Below are positions 1-11,368 of a DNA stretch of 64,000 nt, piece by piece. The number at the start of each line of letters is the position of its first letter. Positions within the stretch are counted from its first letter, which is position 1. The DNA is from Haliotis rufescens (Eukaryota): contig NW_025964383.1 of assembly GCF_023055435.1 (NCBI RefSeq), forward strand, positions 17,670,001-17,734,000, in the 5' to 3' direction. Position numbers and translations under genes: made by a program. The notes beneath the pieces were generated by a model that saw nothing but the letters and a program-made list of their open reading frames with translations, was not told where the DNA came from and ran no database searches.

Positions 1-176
1 GTCCTGTCCCAAAATTTCATACTGACGTTATTCACAAGGAAGTCGAATACCAGTATTTCACATATTGTTTTCTCAGCAAACCACAGATACATTTGCTTTC
101 AGTATTAACACATTATCCTGACCCTTATGAAACAGTGATGAACCTATATAAATGGTCACCATGTTAGTGACAAATG

Positions 177-406
177 GGGGACAGGGGTGGCCCTGTCGTC
201 TAAGGCGCCGCCATTGCTGTGCAGAGATGCGTACCTTGGGTACGCAAGAAACCTATGATTGTGAGTTCGAATCCAGGTTCTCCCCGATTATATTTATAGG
301 TTGTCAGCACCAGACCTGAATCACTTCGGGCTTTCCTCCCACATTAAGTTGACACGCCATGATATAGCTGGAATACTGTTAAAAGCGGCGTTAAACACTC
401 ACTCAC
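177..406 (+). mobile_element. tRNA-derived SINE in intron 4
   Basis: A-box-like tggccctgtcgtctaagg, B box gagttcgaatcc, 3' tail gctggaatactgttaaaagcggcgttaaa(cact)n, and 12-bp TSD tagtgacaaatg (165-176 and 407-418). Inherited copies at 7108-7341, 21914-22143, 29035-29268, ~45132-45374; truncated at ~13970-14160, ~36905-37084, ~58150-58335. Confidence 0.8.
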
Positions 407-835
407 TAGTGACAAATGCCCTATCGATCAAGGTATGAAGTATTTCCTGAAGTTGGGATAGTAGTGTACTAAGTTAAACAATCAAATGTTCTGACATGAT
501 TGAACTTTGTCGTTTTCTGGGAGTAAACAATTCAAGCCAATCCGCTGAGTTTTCACATGGTCTCAATGCCATTTGTCTGAGATACTTGTGAATGTAAAGA
601 AAGACCTTTCTTCTTAGCATTAAGGGTAATGGTAAATCTTTGAAACAGGCATTCGGGGGTACATTTGTTGGACCAAGCAAAATTTTTCTCTTCGTAGTGG
701 AAACATCATCTAAGACCTGCCTCACTTCCTGTTTATTATTATAAAAAAGACACTTGTGACGAGATGATTGCAATATATGAATCAGATGTACAATATACAT
801 GTAATTATTTACTAAATATCTTTATTCTGTTTCAG

Positions 836-941
836 TCTTGCTTTTGCTGAGTGTGCTGACCAAAATGTAAGCAATCTCAGAGAGTGTACCAACAATACTG
901 GCGCCATCTTCTGGCAGCTGATTTTGGATATGTTTCTTTAG
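836..941 (+). CDS. Copy 0: terminal exon 5 of a paralog that begins before the window
   Basis: Acceptor tactaaatatctttattctgtttcag. Phase-2 reading (S)LAFAECADQNVSNLRECTNNTGAIFWQLILDMFL*. AATAAA at 1007-1012. Confidence 0.8.
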
Positions 942-1526
942 ACGTATCAATGCAAACACACCCTCCGATAAAAGTGGAGCAAAACATCATGTTATGTTTG
1001 AATCTTAATAAATTAGTCTGAATTCCGACCATCGTTTCTTTAGCATTCTAGTAGCATGCCTGTGTTTCTGGTACATGCACTTTTTGTGAAATGTCGACAA
1101 TGCAAGAATGCAACATTTGGACATGATACAAAATCTCGCAATCCCGCAATCTCGTCAAATTAGACCACAAAGACACGAAATCACGAGAATGCGACAATTC
1201 ATTTTCTCGCGTTTTAGACGCTGTCCGTGCGCATGCGTAATATCATAAGGGTCAAGTCGCATGCCCACATCAGAAGTCCTGTTGTCATGCCTCTTTATTG
1301 TCCAAGTAGCATTTAGCAAACTTATGACTTGAGCTTGAAAATTCTATGTAATGTTCATACACAAAGTCTTATGTAGTGTATTCAAGTCCTCTCCCGTTTG
1401 TTACAGTCTAATTAAGACCATCAACATACTCAGTATAATTTAACAAAAGACAGTGATACCAATGCTTTGATATTAGATATTATGTGTTCATTTCGGGAAG
1501 ATGCGTAGATCAGTCAAAGAACACTA

Positions 1527-1576
<50 letters not shown>

Positions 1577-1590
1577 AACTACTACTACTG

Positions 1591-1621
<31 letters not shown>
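1527..1621. repeat. (TAC)n microsatellite; also 8558-8619, 15131-15179, 22802-22890, 30485-30546, 38298-38344, 46568-46633, 59559-59644
   Basis: Direct reading; one per unit with variable length. It produces the spurious poly-Tyr ORFs. Confidence 0.97.
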
Positions 1622-2512
1622 ATCATAACAATACGTCCGACGATTACAAAACTAAACATTAACGCGTTGCACACTTTGGCAGCAGATATGCAACAGGAGG
1701 TTTTATTTTACATTAAATATGTCTGCAGCACTACCATCATTTCGTTTATTTAAAAATGGTATTGACAGTGTTATCGTTGTTATCGTCACCTGATTAAATG
1801 GTAAAGTTGAAAGATATTCAAGACACACGTCCCAATCAAAGGTTTCAAAGGCAAGCTAGAACATATTGTGGTAAGACGTTGTCAAACAGTCAAAGGCAAT
1901 GTTGAAATATCGAAGCCACTCATTGTGTTCCATGACCACAACATCACTGGCTTTGAAGGAAGCATTGGAATATAAAGTTTCAACATACGGTTGGACGTCT
2001 AATGGTGCAAAGTAAGCGTTGAATGATATACAGTTGCTTGTCAGTGTCTTACCGTCACTGGGGTCCAAAGGACATTCGAAATATAAAAGGACATTCGTTC
2101 TCACATCATTATATGGTTTAATGGAAGAATTGAAATACTTGTACATTTGCAAATCTCGTTGCTTGTCATCGGCTCAAAGGGAGAGTTGAAGTATAAAAAG
2201 ATGTGCCTCGTTGTCAGGGGATTTCAAGGAAGAGTTGAAATATGAATGCGTTCTTCACAACAGGTACTTAGCTAGTGCATTAATATGAAGGGTGATCAAC
2301 AACTGATTAAGGGGCCTAAATATATTATATTTAATGCCACTATTCACAATTTCAAATTGCCAAAACATGTCGGACTGCTATAAAACTTACTACTCGAAGT
2401 GAATATAAAACAACGCTGAAGGTTTAGTCATCAGTATCGACTGGTATGTATTATCGCTGACATTATGTATTTAAGGCAATGTGCCAAGTCTCGATCTGAT
2501 GTCAGGAAAGCA

Positions 2513-2874
2513 GGGATACGATGACATGCATCAACCAAGTCAGCGAGTATGACCACCCGATCCCGTTAGTCGCCTCTTGTGACAACCACCACTTACGCCA
2601 ATACTAATGAATACTATCACAGTATGTTTGGAAAATACCGGTATATTGTGTTTTTCCAACATCCTGCATATCTTCACACGAGGCGACTAACGGGATCGGG
2701 TGGTCACGCTCGCTGACTTGGTTTATGCATGTCATGTATCCCAATTGCGTGGATCGATGCTCATGATGTACATTACTGGATTGTCTGGTCCAGTCTCGAT
2801 TATTTACAGACCGCCGTCATATAGCTGGAATATTGTTGAGTGCGGCGTTTAACAACAAACAAACAAACAAAAAC
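2513..2874. repeat. Two oppositely oriented SINE-like fragments forming an inverted repeat (arms ~2513-2581 and ~2677-2742)
   Basis: gggatacgatgacatgcatcaaccaagtcagcgag...gttagtcgcctc is the reverse complement of gaggcgactaacggg...ctcgctgacttggtttatgcatgtcatgtatccc. Recurs upstream of every copy. Confidence 0.85.
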
Positions 2875-3410
2875 ACCTGATCGAAAAGGCGAATTGTTTT
2901 GCGACTAGTTTCCTGTATATAATGTGTCTTTACGCATGTTTTGTGACCATAGCAACATCCCACAGAATACAAAGATGTCAAAAATGTGCAGGGATGGGGG
3001 GTGGGTGGGGGGTATTCATGTTCAACAAATTACTGCTAATCTGCAATATATTGTGGTACATATTGCAATACATGAATCATTATTGCAATAAATTGCAATA
3101 TGAAATTCAGGTCAAGGTCCATCACTGTTGACAACCAATTCTTCTTCGAAATTTCCTTTGGGATATTTAGTTGTAGTCAGTTGGGTGTTCACGCCCCTTT
3201 GAAATGTTAATGTATCAGTTGAATGTCTCTCCCTATTGTTCCATCAAATTAAGTCGTTATACAGATTTATAGGAAAGTCGAATAATTGTGGGCGTATTAT
3301 TCAGTTTACTGAATTCCTCGTAACCTTTTAAGTTGACACATGACTTGGAAGGATGATTACTCTTGCAATTGAAACAAATTGGAAAATCATTAACTTTTCT
3401 GAATACTTCT

Positions 3411-3418
3411 TATATAAA
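3411..3418 (+). promoter_or_regulatory. TATA box (TATATAAA) of copy 1; also at 10740, 17122, 24680, 33000, 40846, 48584, 55279, 61428
   Basis: Consensus TATAWAW exactly 57 nt upstream of the signal-peptide ATG in all nine copies. Confidence 0.75.
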
Positions 3419-6116
3419 AACCTGGGATGTTCTGTGACATCGAGCACATTGACTGCATGCTGCCAGGATGAAGTTTGTGATGTGTGTTGCGGCTGTTCTC
3501 CTCTCATCTGGTAGGTAACCATTATACTGTAGCATGTTTCAGTATGTATACATTGCAGACTAACGAAACGAGTTGCATACCATAAGCATGCCAGCCAGCA
3601 CACAGTGATCGTTGATTTAAATCCCAGATACATCCTCATCATAATCCTTACCACGCTACCTCATTACATTGGTCTATAACAGAAAACTGTTAAAAGCCGC
3701 GTTTAACATCACATGCAATGATTCCGTCGATGTGGTCACTTTGTGTGGACGCTAGTTGACATATATGTGTCACGATTTACTGTGTTTCTCGAGAATGCAT
3801 AATTGTCAACAATTTTTTGTTGGATCTAAAACAATTCTTAACTGATGTACAATATTGATAATAAGTCTTTTGGGGTGCTTAATAACATCTTTCTCAATAA
3901 TATTGTAATAGCAGCAAAATTTATTGCCAGAAGAAATAAAACAACACATCGCTTCAACGTGAAATGGGGACTTTTGTTGATATATTACATATTACATAAC
4001 CCCTCATACTTTTATCTTCATATATAATAAATCCGCTACAACAGCGTTTAATCACTAGTTGATATTGATTCATCAACACATGCTCGTGATATCGTCGGAA
4101 TCGTACAATCGAGACTTTTGTTGAATACGGAAAGGTTTTTGTCGCTTTTATGCAAGTTTCCTATAATGTATTTTACCACCAGCAAAATTGTGCGATACAT
4201 ACTACATTATATTGAAGTCTTGGTTAAGACTATTACGGCAATAGTACCTTCGCTGACAATTATATTCTTCTCTGTGTGACCTTCCAGTGTCCGGTTTAGA
4301 GTGGCCTACGAGGAGACAGATTGTACCAGCTACATCTAGTGCATGTCAGAACGTTTATGCACAAATATTGGGGATCATGCAAAGACCAAGGTTTAGCAAT
4401 CTTATTGGAGATGGCAAACTGAGCCTTGACTGCAGGTTAGTATCGTAATTCGCTGATCAAATCTTTTAAAAACAATAATTGTTAAGCTGTTTCCTTTCAG
4501 AGAAAGTAATAGTCAACCTCTGACGAGTGAGTGAGTAAGTTAAAATTTAACGTTGCATCGGCATTTTTCCAGCCATATTGCGTCGAGTCCAAGTTAATAA
4601 GTTTACAATTGAGTCATTTATGCAAAGTAATATTTAAAAACAATTTATGAAACATATTTGAACATAACAATATCATGTATACATTTTTAAAACACGGGCT
4701 AATGACCACTCGTAACCAAAGCTAGGACACCTCGCTGGGGATCATGGGGACTTCCTGCATGATACCCCAGCAGGATTTACGTCATCACTTTAGCTACTAG
4801 TGGTTGTGCATAATACTAGTAATTATGTATATCGTAACTCTCCGATAAACAACTATCAGATGTTATGTGTTGAATTCATCAAATCTTTCTGTTACAGAAA
4901 TCGAGAGAGAGGCGTCATGTTGGACCAGTGAAGAATTGCCGGACACTCTTGTTTCATGTGCACAACGAGACAGGTAGGGTGACTGTACAAGTGTCCATTG
5001 ACATCTACTGAATAAATACCTAAAGACAACCTACACAGGCAGATTAACTATACCTTCTGTACATCTAGATGTCTAGATAAAACATATGGATTGATAGACT
5101 ATACAATGCGTACATCTTGAAGCCGAATTAAAACATACATGGATAGGTGAACTGTTTATTGTGTACATCTACAGGTGAAATGATAAGAGGTGAAATAGGA
5201 TTCCCTTTGTCACAAAATGACGGCCGTTCTGCGTTAATTGTGAAAAACATGCGTTTTCGATCTGCGATCGGTTCCGTCATAAATGCCTGTTTGTGCACAG
5301 TATCGTCTGTAAGTTCTGGTGAAGAATAATATTCGAGGAAGAATTCACCTTTCTAAGAATAAATAACGATGAAGACGACAGAAAGTGACATTTCAATGCA
5401 AGGAGTATTGATCGTAGGTACCGGAAGTTCAGACGATAGATACATTCGGAACGTTTCTGTGCGACTTCAATTACCTCGTATTTCATCACAACGAATTAAT
5501 TCTAACTGGCATGTACACAGTGTCGCTATGTGGATGTGTGACGATATGTGGTGTCTCTACGGACATATGGCCCCTTGAAGTGTCCAATACTTTCATGAAA
5601 TGTAGACGACTTCTATGGATCATTTGTAAATGCATTCGTGATGCACGTAAACTTACTGGATCTTTGCAAGACATCAGTCCGGTGTCAGGCATAAACGTCA
5701 GGGTGCGTGCGATAACGCACAATTACCCTATCAAAAGATATCTAAATTGATAATTAGGTCTTTGGAATTTTTTAAAGTATAATGGCTATACGGACGGTGA
5801 AATTATCCTTCCGATTTGTGGTCCTTCACTGAATAAAATACTCAATAGCTGGGATATTGCTGAGTGTGGCGTTAAACAAAAAAATAAATATGGTTATGAG
5901 AAATCTCAAACTAGTGCATGAAGAGATACTAATTAAATTTGTAGTTACAAAGTGAAATTATGCACGGAGATTGTACAGGTTGCACCTGCATTAATGCTTC
6001 AATTGTGAGTGAATAGAATAACTGGCAAAAATCACATCACCAACTGATGGACTTTCGTTTGACTTTAAGACCAATATATCAGCTTCCAGCAAGTATCTAA
6101 ACAGTGACTTACTGTA

Positions 6117-6380
6117 GTTGGTTTGCTTGTTGTTTTACGCCGCACTCTGCAATATTCCAGCTATATGACGGCGGTCTGTAAATAATCGAGTCTGGACCAG
6201 ACAACCCAGTGGTTGATATCATGAGCATCGATCCACGCAATTGGGATACGATGACAAGCATCAACCAAGTCAGCGAGCCTGACCACCGATCCCGTTTGTC
6301 GCCTCTTACGACAAGCATAGTCTCCTTTTACGACAAGCACGGTTGCTGAAGACCAATTCTACCCCGGATCTTCACGGGGC
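6117..6380 (-). mobile_element. ~260-nt SINE-like non-autonomous retroelement in intron 4
   Basis: Minus strand ccccgtgaagatccggggtagaattggtcttcagc...gcttgtcgtaagaggcgac...gctggaatattgcagagtgcggcgtaaaa plus an AAC-rich tail; the 3' end is shared with the tRNA SINEs. TSD-like ctcta(g/a)ctgta flanks the copy at ~36512-36780. Also at ~20915-21178, ~28044-28307, ~44619-44888, ~52221-52443. Confidence 0.75.
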
Positions 6381-7107
6381 TGCTCTAACTATAAGCAGAT
6401 ACCCCAAGTGTGATGGTCCCAGTGTTCGTGTTACTAACAGCATCGACACAATGCCCCTGTATATATGAGTATGTAAGTGAGTATGGTTTTACGCCGCTTT
6501 TAGCAATTTCCAGCAATATCACGGCGGGGTGTGCCTAAATATATATAATTTGCACTTATATATATATATACGGCCAAATGTTAACACTCAATGATAGGCG
6601 GATAAAAGCAACAATAAGTCACTGATGCGTCAAATTTGAAGAAAAAAAAAATTCTTATAAATTACTTTAAACCGTAAATTCGTTCCTGTAATCAAACGAA
6701 AACGGCTGTTAAATCATGTGTTTATGAACCACTATCGGATTATGGCTATTAGACCATTACTGATCGATTCGATAACTCTATATTCATGAAGCGTCAGAGA
6801 AACACTCTCAGCCAAATGTTTTCATTTTGCCAGTCCAAGCAGAAATTCCGATTTATATGCACAAATATACATCTCATGAAGGTGGAAGCAAATTGGACGC
6901 CCATGAGGATGCCTTTTTCTTGCCTAAATGTCCTGTCCCAGAACTTCCTATAGACGTTATGCCCAAGCGAAGTCGAATACTTATATTTCACATTTTGTTT
7001 TCTCAGCAAACCACAGATGATATTTGCTTTCAGTATTGCCACATTATCCTGACCCTTTGGAAATAGTTATGAATCTATATAAATGGTCACCACGTTAGTG
7101 ACAAATG

Positions 7108-7341
7108 GGGGACAAGGGTGGCCCAATCATCTAAGGCGCCGCCATTCGCTGTGCAGAGTTGCGTCCCTTGGGCACGCAAGAAACCTATGATTGTGAGTTC
7201 GAATCCAGGTTCTCCCCGATTATGTTTCTAGGTTGTCAGCACCATACCTGAATCACTTTGGGCTTTCCTCCCACATTAAGCTGACTCGCCGTGATATAAC
7301 TGGAATACTGTTAAAAGCGGCGTTAAACCCTACACGCTCAC
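7108..7341 (+). mobile_element. tRNA-derived SINE (same insertion as 177-406)
   Basis: A/B boxes and degenerate TSD tagtgacaaatg / tcgtgaccaatg. Confidence 0.75.
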
Positions 7342-8021
7342 TCGTGACCAATGCGGTATTGATCAAGGTATGAAGTAGTTCCTGAAGTTGGGATAGTGGT
7401 GTACTAAGTTAAACAATCAAATGTTCTGACATGATTGAACTTTGTTGTTTTCTGAGAGTAAATAATTCAAGCCAATCCGTTTTTAGATTTCACATGGTCT
7501 TAATGCCATTTGTCTGAGATACTTGTGAATGTAAAGAAAGACCTTCCTTCTTAGCATTAAGGGTAATGGTAAATCTTTGAGACAGGCATTCGGGGGTACA
7601 TTTGTTGGACCAAGCAAAATATTTCTCTTTGTAGTGGAAACATCATCAAAGACCTGCCTCAGTTCCTGTTTTCCTGCCTTAAGTTGACCTTAATAACAAA
7701 TTTGCACCTTGATTATTATAAAAAAGACACTTGTGATGAGATAATTGCAATATATGAATCAAATCTCTCCATTTACGCGAGTGCCATATTTGGCGACAAG
7801 ATGTACAATATACATGTTATTATTTACTAAATATGTTTATTCTGTTTCAGGCGTGCTTTTGCTGAGTGTGCTGACCAAAATGTGAGCAATCTCACAGAGT
7901 GTACCAACACTACTGGCGCCATCTTCCGGCAACTGATTTTGGATATTTTTCCTTAGACGTATCCATGCAAACACACCCTCCGATAAAAGTGGAGCAAAAC
8001 ATCATGTTATGTTTGAATCTT

Positions 8022-8027
8022 AATAAA
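8022..8027 (+). terminator. Polyadenylation signal AATAAA of copy 1; also at 1007, 14623, 22277, 29949, 37775, 46059, 52781, 59023
   Basis: Lies ~66 nt after the exon-5 TAG in every copy whose 3' end is in the window. Confidence 0.7.
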
Positions 8028-8586
8028 TTAGTCTGAATTTCGACCATCGTTTCTTTAGCATTCTAGTAGCATGCCTGTGTTTCTGGTACATAGCACTTTT
8101 TGTCAAATGTCGACAACGCAAGAATGCGACATTTGGACATGATGCAAAATCTCGCAATCCTGCAATCTGGACTTGTCAAATTAAGCCACAAAAACACGAA
8201 ATCGCGAGAATGCCACAATTCATTTTCTCGCGATTTAGACGCTGTCCGTGCGCATGCGTAATATCATAAGGGTCAAGGCGCATGCCCACATCAGAAGTCC
8301 TGTTGTCATGCCTCTTTCATGCTCTCTATTGTCCAAGTAGCATTTAGCAAACTTATGACTTGAGCTTGAAAATTCTATGTAATGTTCATACACAAAGTCT
8401 TATGTAGTGTATTCAAGTCCTCTCCCGTTTGTTACAGTCTAATTAAGACCATCAACATACTCAGTATAATTTAACAAAAGACAGTGATACCAATACTTTG
8501 ATATTAGATATTATGTGTTCATTTCGGGAAGATGCGTACATCAGTCAAAGAACACTAACTACTGCTACTACTACTACTACTACTAT

Positions 8587-8619
<33 letters not shown>

Positions 8620-9295
8620 ATCATAACAATACGTCCGACGATTACAAAACTAAACATTAACGCGTGGCACACTTTGGCAGCAGTTATGCATACTTGTTTA
8701 CTACATATATATATTCTGCCTACAGGAATGTTTGGTTCGTTGGATCTGGTTGGTTAGATCTATATGCCAATAAACCATTTAAAAATTATTGGTCCAAAAC
8801 AACATGGAACAGGAAGTTTAATTTTACATTAAATATGTCTGCAGCACTACCATCATTTCGTTTATTTAAAAATGGTATTGACAATTTTGTCGTTGTTTTC
8901 GTCATCTGATTAAATGGTAAAGTTGAAAGATATTCAAGACACACGTCCCAATCAAAGGTTTCAAAGGCAAGCTAGAACATATTCTGGAAAGTCTTTGTCA
9001 AACAGTCAAAGGCAATGTTGAAATATCGAAGCCACTCATTGTGTTCCATGACCACAAAATCACTGGCTTTGAAGGAAGCGTTGAAATATATAGTATCCAC
9101 ATACGGTTGGAAGTCTATGGGTGCAAAGTGAGGGTTGAATGATATACAGTTGATGGTCAGTGTCTAACCGTCACTGGGGTCCAAAGGATATTCGAAATAT
9201 AAAAGGACATTCGTTCTCACATCATTATATGGTTTTAAGGAAGAATTGAAATACTTGTACATTTGCGAATCTCGTTGCTTGTCAACGGCTCAAAG

Positions 9296-9460
9296 TGAGT
9301 GAGCGAGTTTGGTTTTACGCCGCTTTTAACAATATTCCAGCAATATCACGGCGGGGGACACCAGAGATCGGCTTCACACATTGTACCCATGTCGAGATTC
9401 GAACCCGGGTCTTCGGCGTGACGAGCGAACGCTTTAACCACTAGGCTACCTGACCGCCCC
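9296..9460 (-). mobile_element. Young tRNA-derived SINE (165 nt) with 13-bp TSD
   Basis: Minus strand ggggcggtcaggTAGCCTAGTGGttaaagcg...GGTTCGAATCtc (A and B boxes), (actc)n tail, perfect TSD caacggctcaaag (9283-9295, 9461-9473). Other units have the empty site. Confidence 0.9.
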
Positions 9461-10796
9461 CAACGGCTCAAAGGGAGAGTTGAAGTATAAAAAGATGTGC
9501 CTCGTTGTCAGGAGCTTTCAAGGGAGAGTTGAAATATGAATGAGTTCTTCAGAACAGGTACTTAGCTAGTGCATTAATATGAACAGTGATCAACAACTGA
9601 TTAAGGGGCCTAAATATATTATATTTATTGCCACTATCACAATTTCAAATGGCCAAAAAATGTCGGACTGCTATAAAACTAACTACTCGAAGTGAATATA
9701 AAACAACGCTGACGGTTTTAGTCATCAGTTTCGACTGGTATGTATTATCGCTGACATTACGTATTTAAGGCAATGTGCCAAGTCTCGATCTGATGTCAGG
9801 AAAACAGGTATACGATGACATGCATCAACCAAGTCAGCGAGTCTGACCACCCGATCCCGTTAGTCGCCTCTTGGGACAACCACCTCTTACGACAATACTA
9901 ATGAATACTATCACAGTATGTTTTGAAAATACCGGTATATTGTGTTTTTCCAACATCCTGCATATCTTCACACGAGGCAGGGTGGTCAGGCTCGCTGACT
10001 TGGTTGATGCATGTCACTGTATCCCTATTATGTAGATCGATGCTCATGATGTCAATCACTGGATTGTCTCGATTATTAACAGACCGCCGTCATATAGCTG
10101 GAATACAGTTGAGTGCGGCTTTTAACAAAAACCAAACAAACAAAAACACCTGATAGAAAACTTTACACAAGCATGTGATATGTGACAAATCGAATTCAAT
10201 TATGAAAATAAAGGAACGGTTTTCTTTGATCGAAAAGGCGAATTGTTTTTTTCTATATAATGTGTCTTTACGCATGTTTTGTGACCATAGCAACATCCCA
10301 CAGAATACAAAGATGTCAAAAATGTGCAGGGGTGGGGGGTGGGGGTTATTCATGTTCAACAAATTACTGCTAAAATGCACTATATTGTGGTACATATCGC
10401 AATACATGAATCATTGCTAAATTGCAATACGAAAGTCAGGTCAAGGCACATCACTGTTGACAACCTATTTTTCTTCGAAATTCCATGGGGATATTTAGCA
10501 GTAGTCAGTTGGGTGTTCACGCCCCTTTGAAATGTAAATGTCTCAGTTGAATGTCTCTCCCTATTGTTCCATCAAATTAAGTCGTTATACAGATTTATAG
10601 GAAAGTCGAATAATTGTGGGCGTATTATTCAGTTTACGGAATTCCTCGTAACCTTTTCAGTTGACAAATGACTTGGAAGGATGATTACTCTTGCAATTGA
10701 AACAAATTGGAAAAACCATTATCTTTTCTGAATACTTCTTATATAAAAACCTGAGATGTTCTGTGACATCGAGCACATCGACTGCATGCTGCCAGG

Positions 10797-11330
10797 ATGA
10801 AGTTTGTGATGTGTGTTGCTGCTGTTCTCCTCTCATCTGGTAGGTAACCATTATATTGTAGCATGTTTCAGTATGTATACATGGCAGACTAAAGGAACGA
10901 GTTGCATACCATAAGCATGCCAGCCAGCACATAATGATCGTTGATTTAAATCCCAGATACATCCTCATTATAATCCTTACCACGCTACCTCATTACACTG
11001 GTAGATAACAGAAAACTGTTAAAAGCGGCGTTGAACATTACATGCAATGATTTCGTCGATGTGGTCACTTTGTGTGGACGCAAGTTGACATATATGTGAC
11101 ATATATGTGTCACAACTCGAGAATGCATAATTGTCAACAACTTTTGGGGGGATCTAAAACAATTCTTAACGGATGTACAATATTGATCAATTTACTAAGA
11201 AAGAAATTCTTTTGGGATGCTTAATAACATCTTTCTTAATAATATTGTAATAGCAGCAAAACGGCACATTGACATATGAGTATAAAATGGTTAAAGGCCT
11301 GCTTCTCTGAATTCATAAAAGTTATTATTA

Positions 11331-11368
<38 letters not shown>

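Larger units (their letters stand above)
3468..7956 (+). pseudogene. Copy 1: secreted 8-Cys protein gene with exon 3 deleted
   Basis: Exons 3468-3510, 4288-4435, 4898-4973, 7851-7956. Relative to near-identical copy 4, 658 nt including exon 3 are missing at ~4847 (offset shifts from 21269 to 21927). Exon 2 (phase 2) joined to exon 4 (phase 1) frameshifts to ...LDCRNRERGVMLDQ*. Confidence 0.82.

Noticed and set aside
474-800. Protein-like minus-strand frame (QVLDDVSTTKRNILLGP) and the 6827-7066 frame in intron 4
   Set aside because: Frameshifted or deleted in several copies with intact genes; no recognisable transposase or RT motif.
1090-1250. cgagaa/tctcgc-rich stretch with tgcgcatgcg, a possible MITE remnant
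   Set aside because: No terminal inverted repeats or TSD could be defined.
1484-1753. Poly-Tyr ORFs (and poly-Ile or CCVVL ORFs elsewhere)
   Set aside because: They are translations of (TAC)n, (ATT)n and (TTGTG)n microsatellites, with non-ATG starts and C-termini that differ between units.
1835-2250. CRISPR-like repeat-spacer look
   Set aside because: Repeats are highly degenerate, the context is eukaryotic with spliceosomal introns, and there are no cas genes.
3328-3654. Recurrent minus-strand 108-aa ORF
   Set aside because: Antisense to the promoter and exon 1, non-ATG start, frameshifted between copies, no recognisable domain.
3786-4755. NF-kB-like (ggggactt) and STAT-like (ttctcgagaa) motifs in introns 1-2
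   Set aside because: Short imperfect matches expected by chance; not usable as evidence of immune regulation without data.
9380-9460. Possible tRNA gene (A/B boxes, GTC loop)
   Set aside because: No proper acceptor stem; it continues into a SINE body and tail and is bounded by a TSD.
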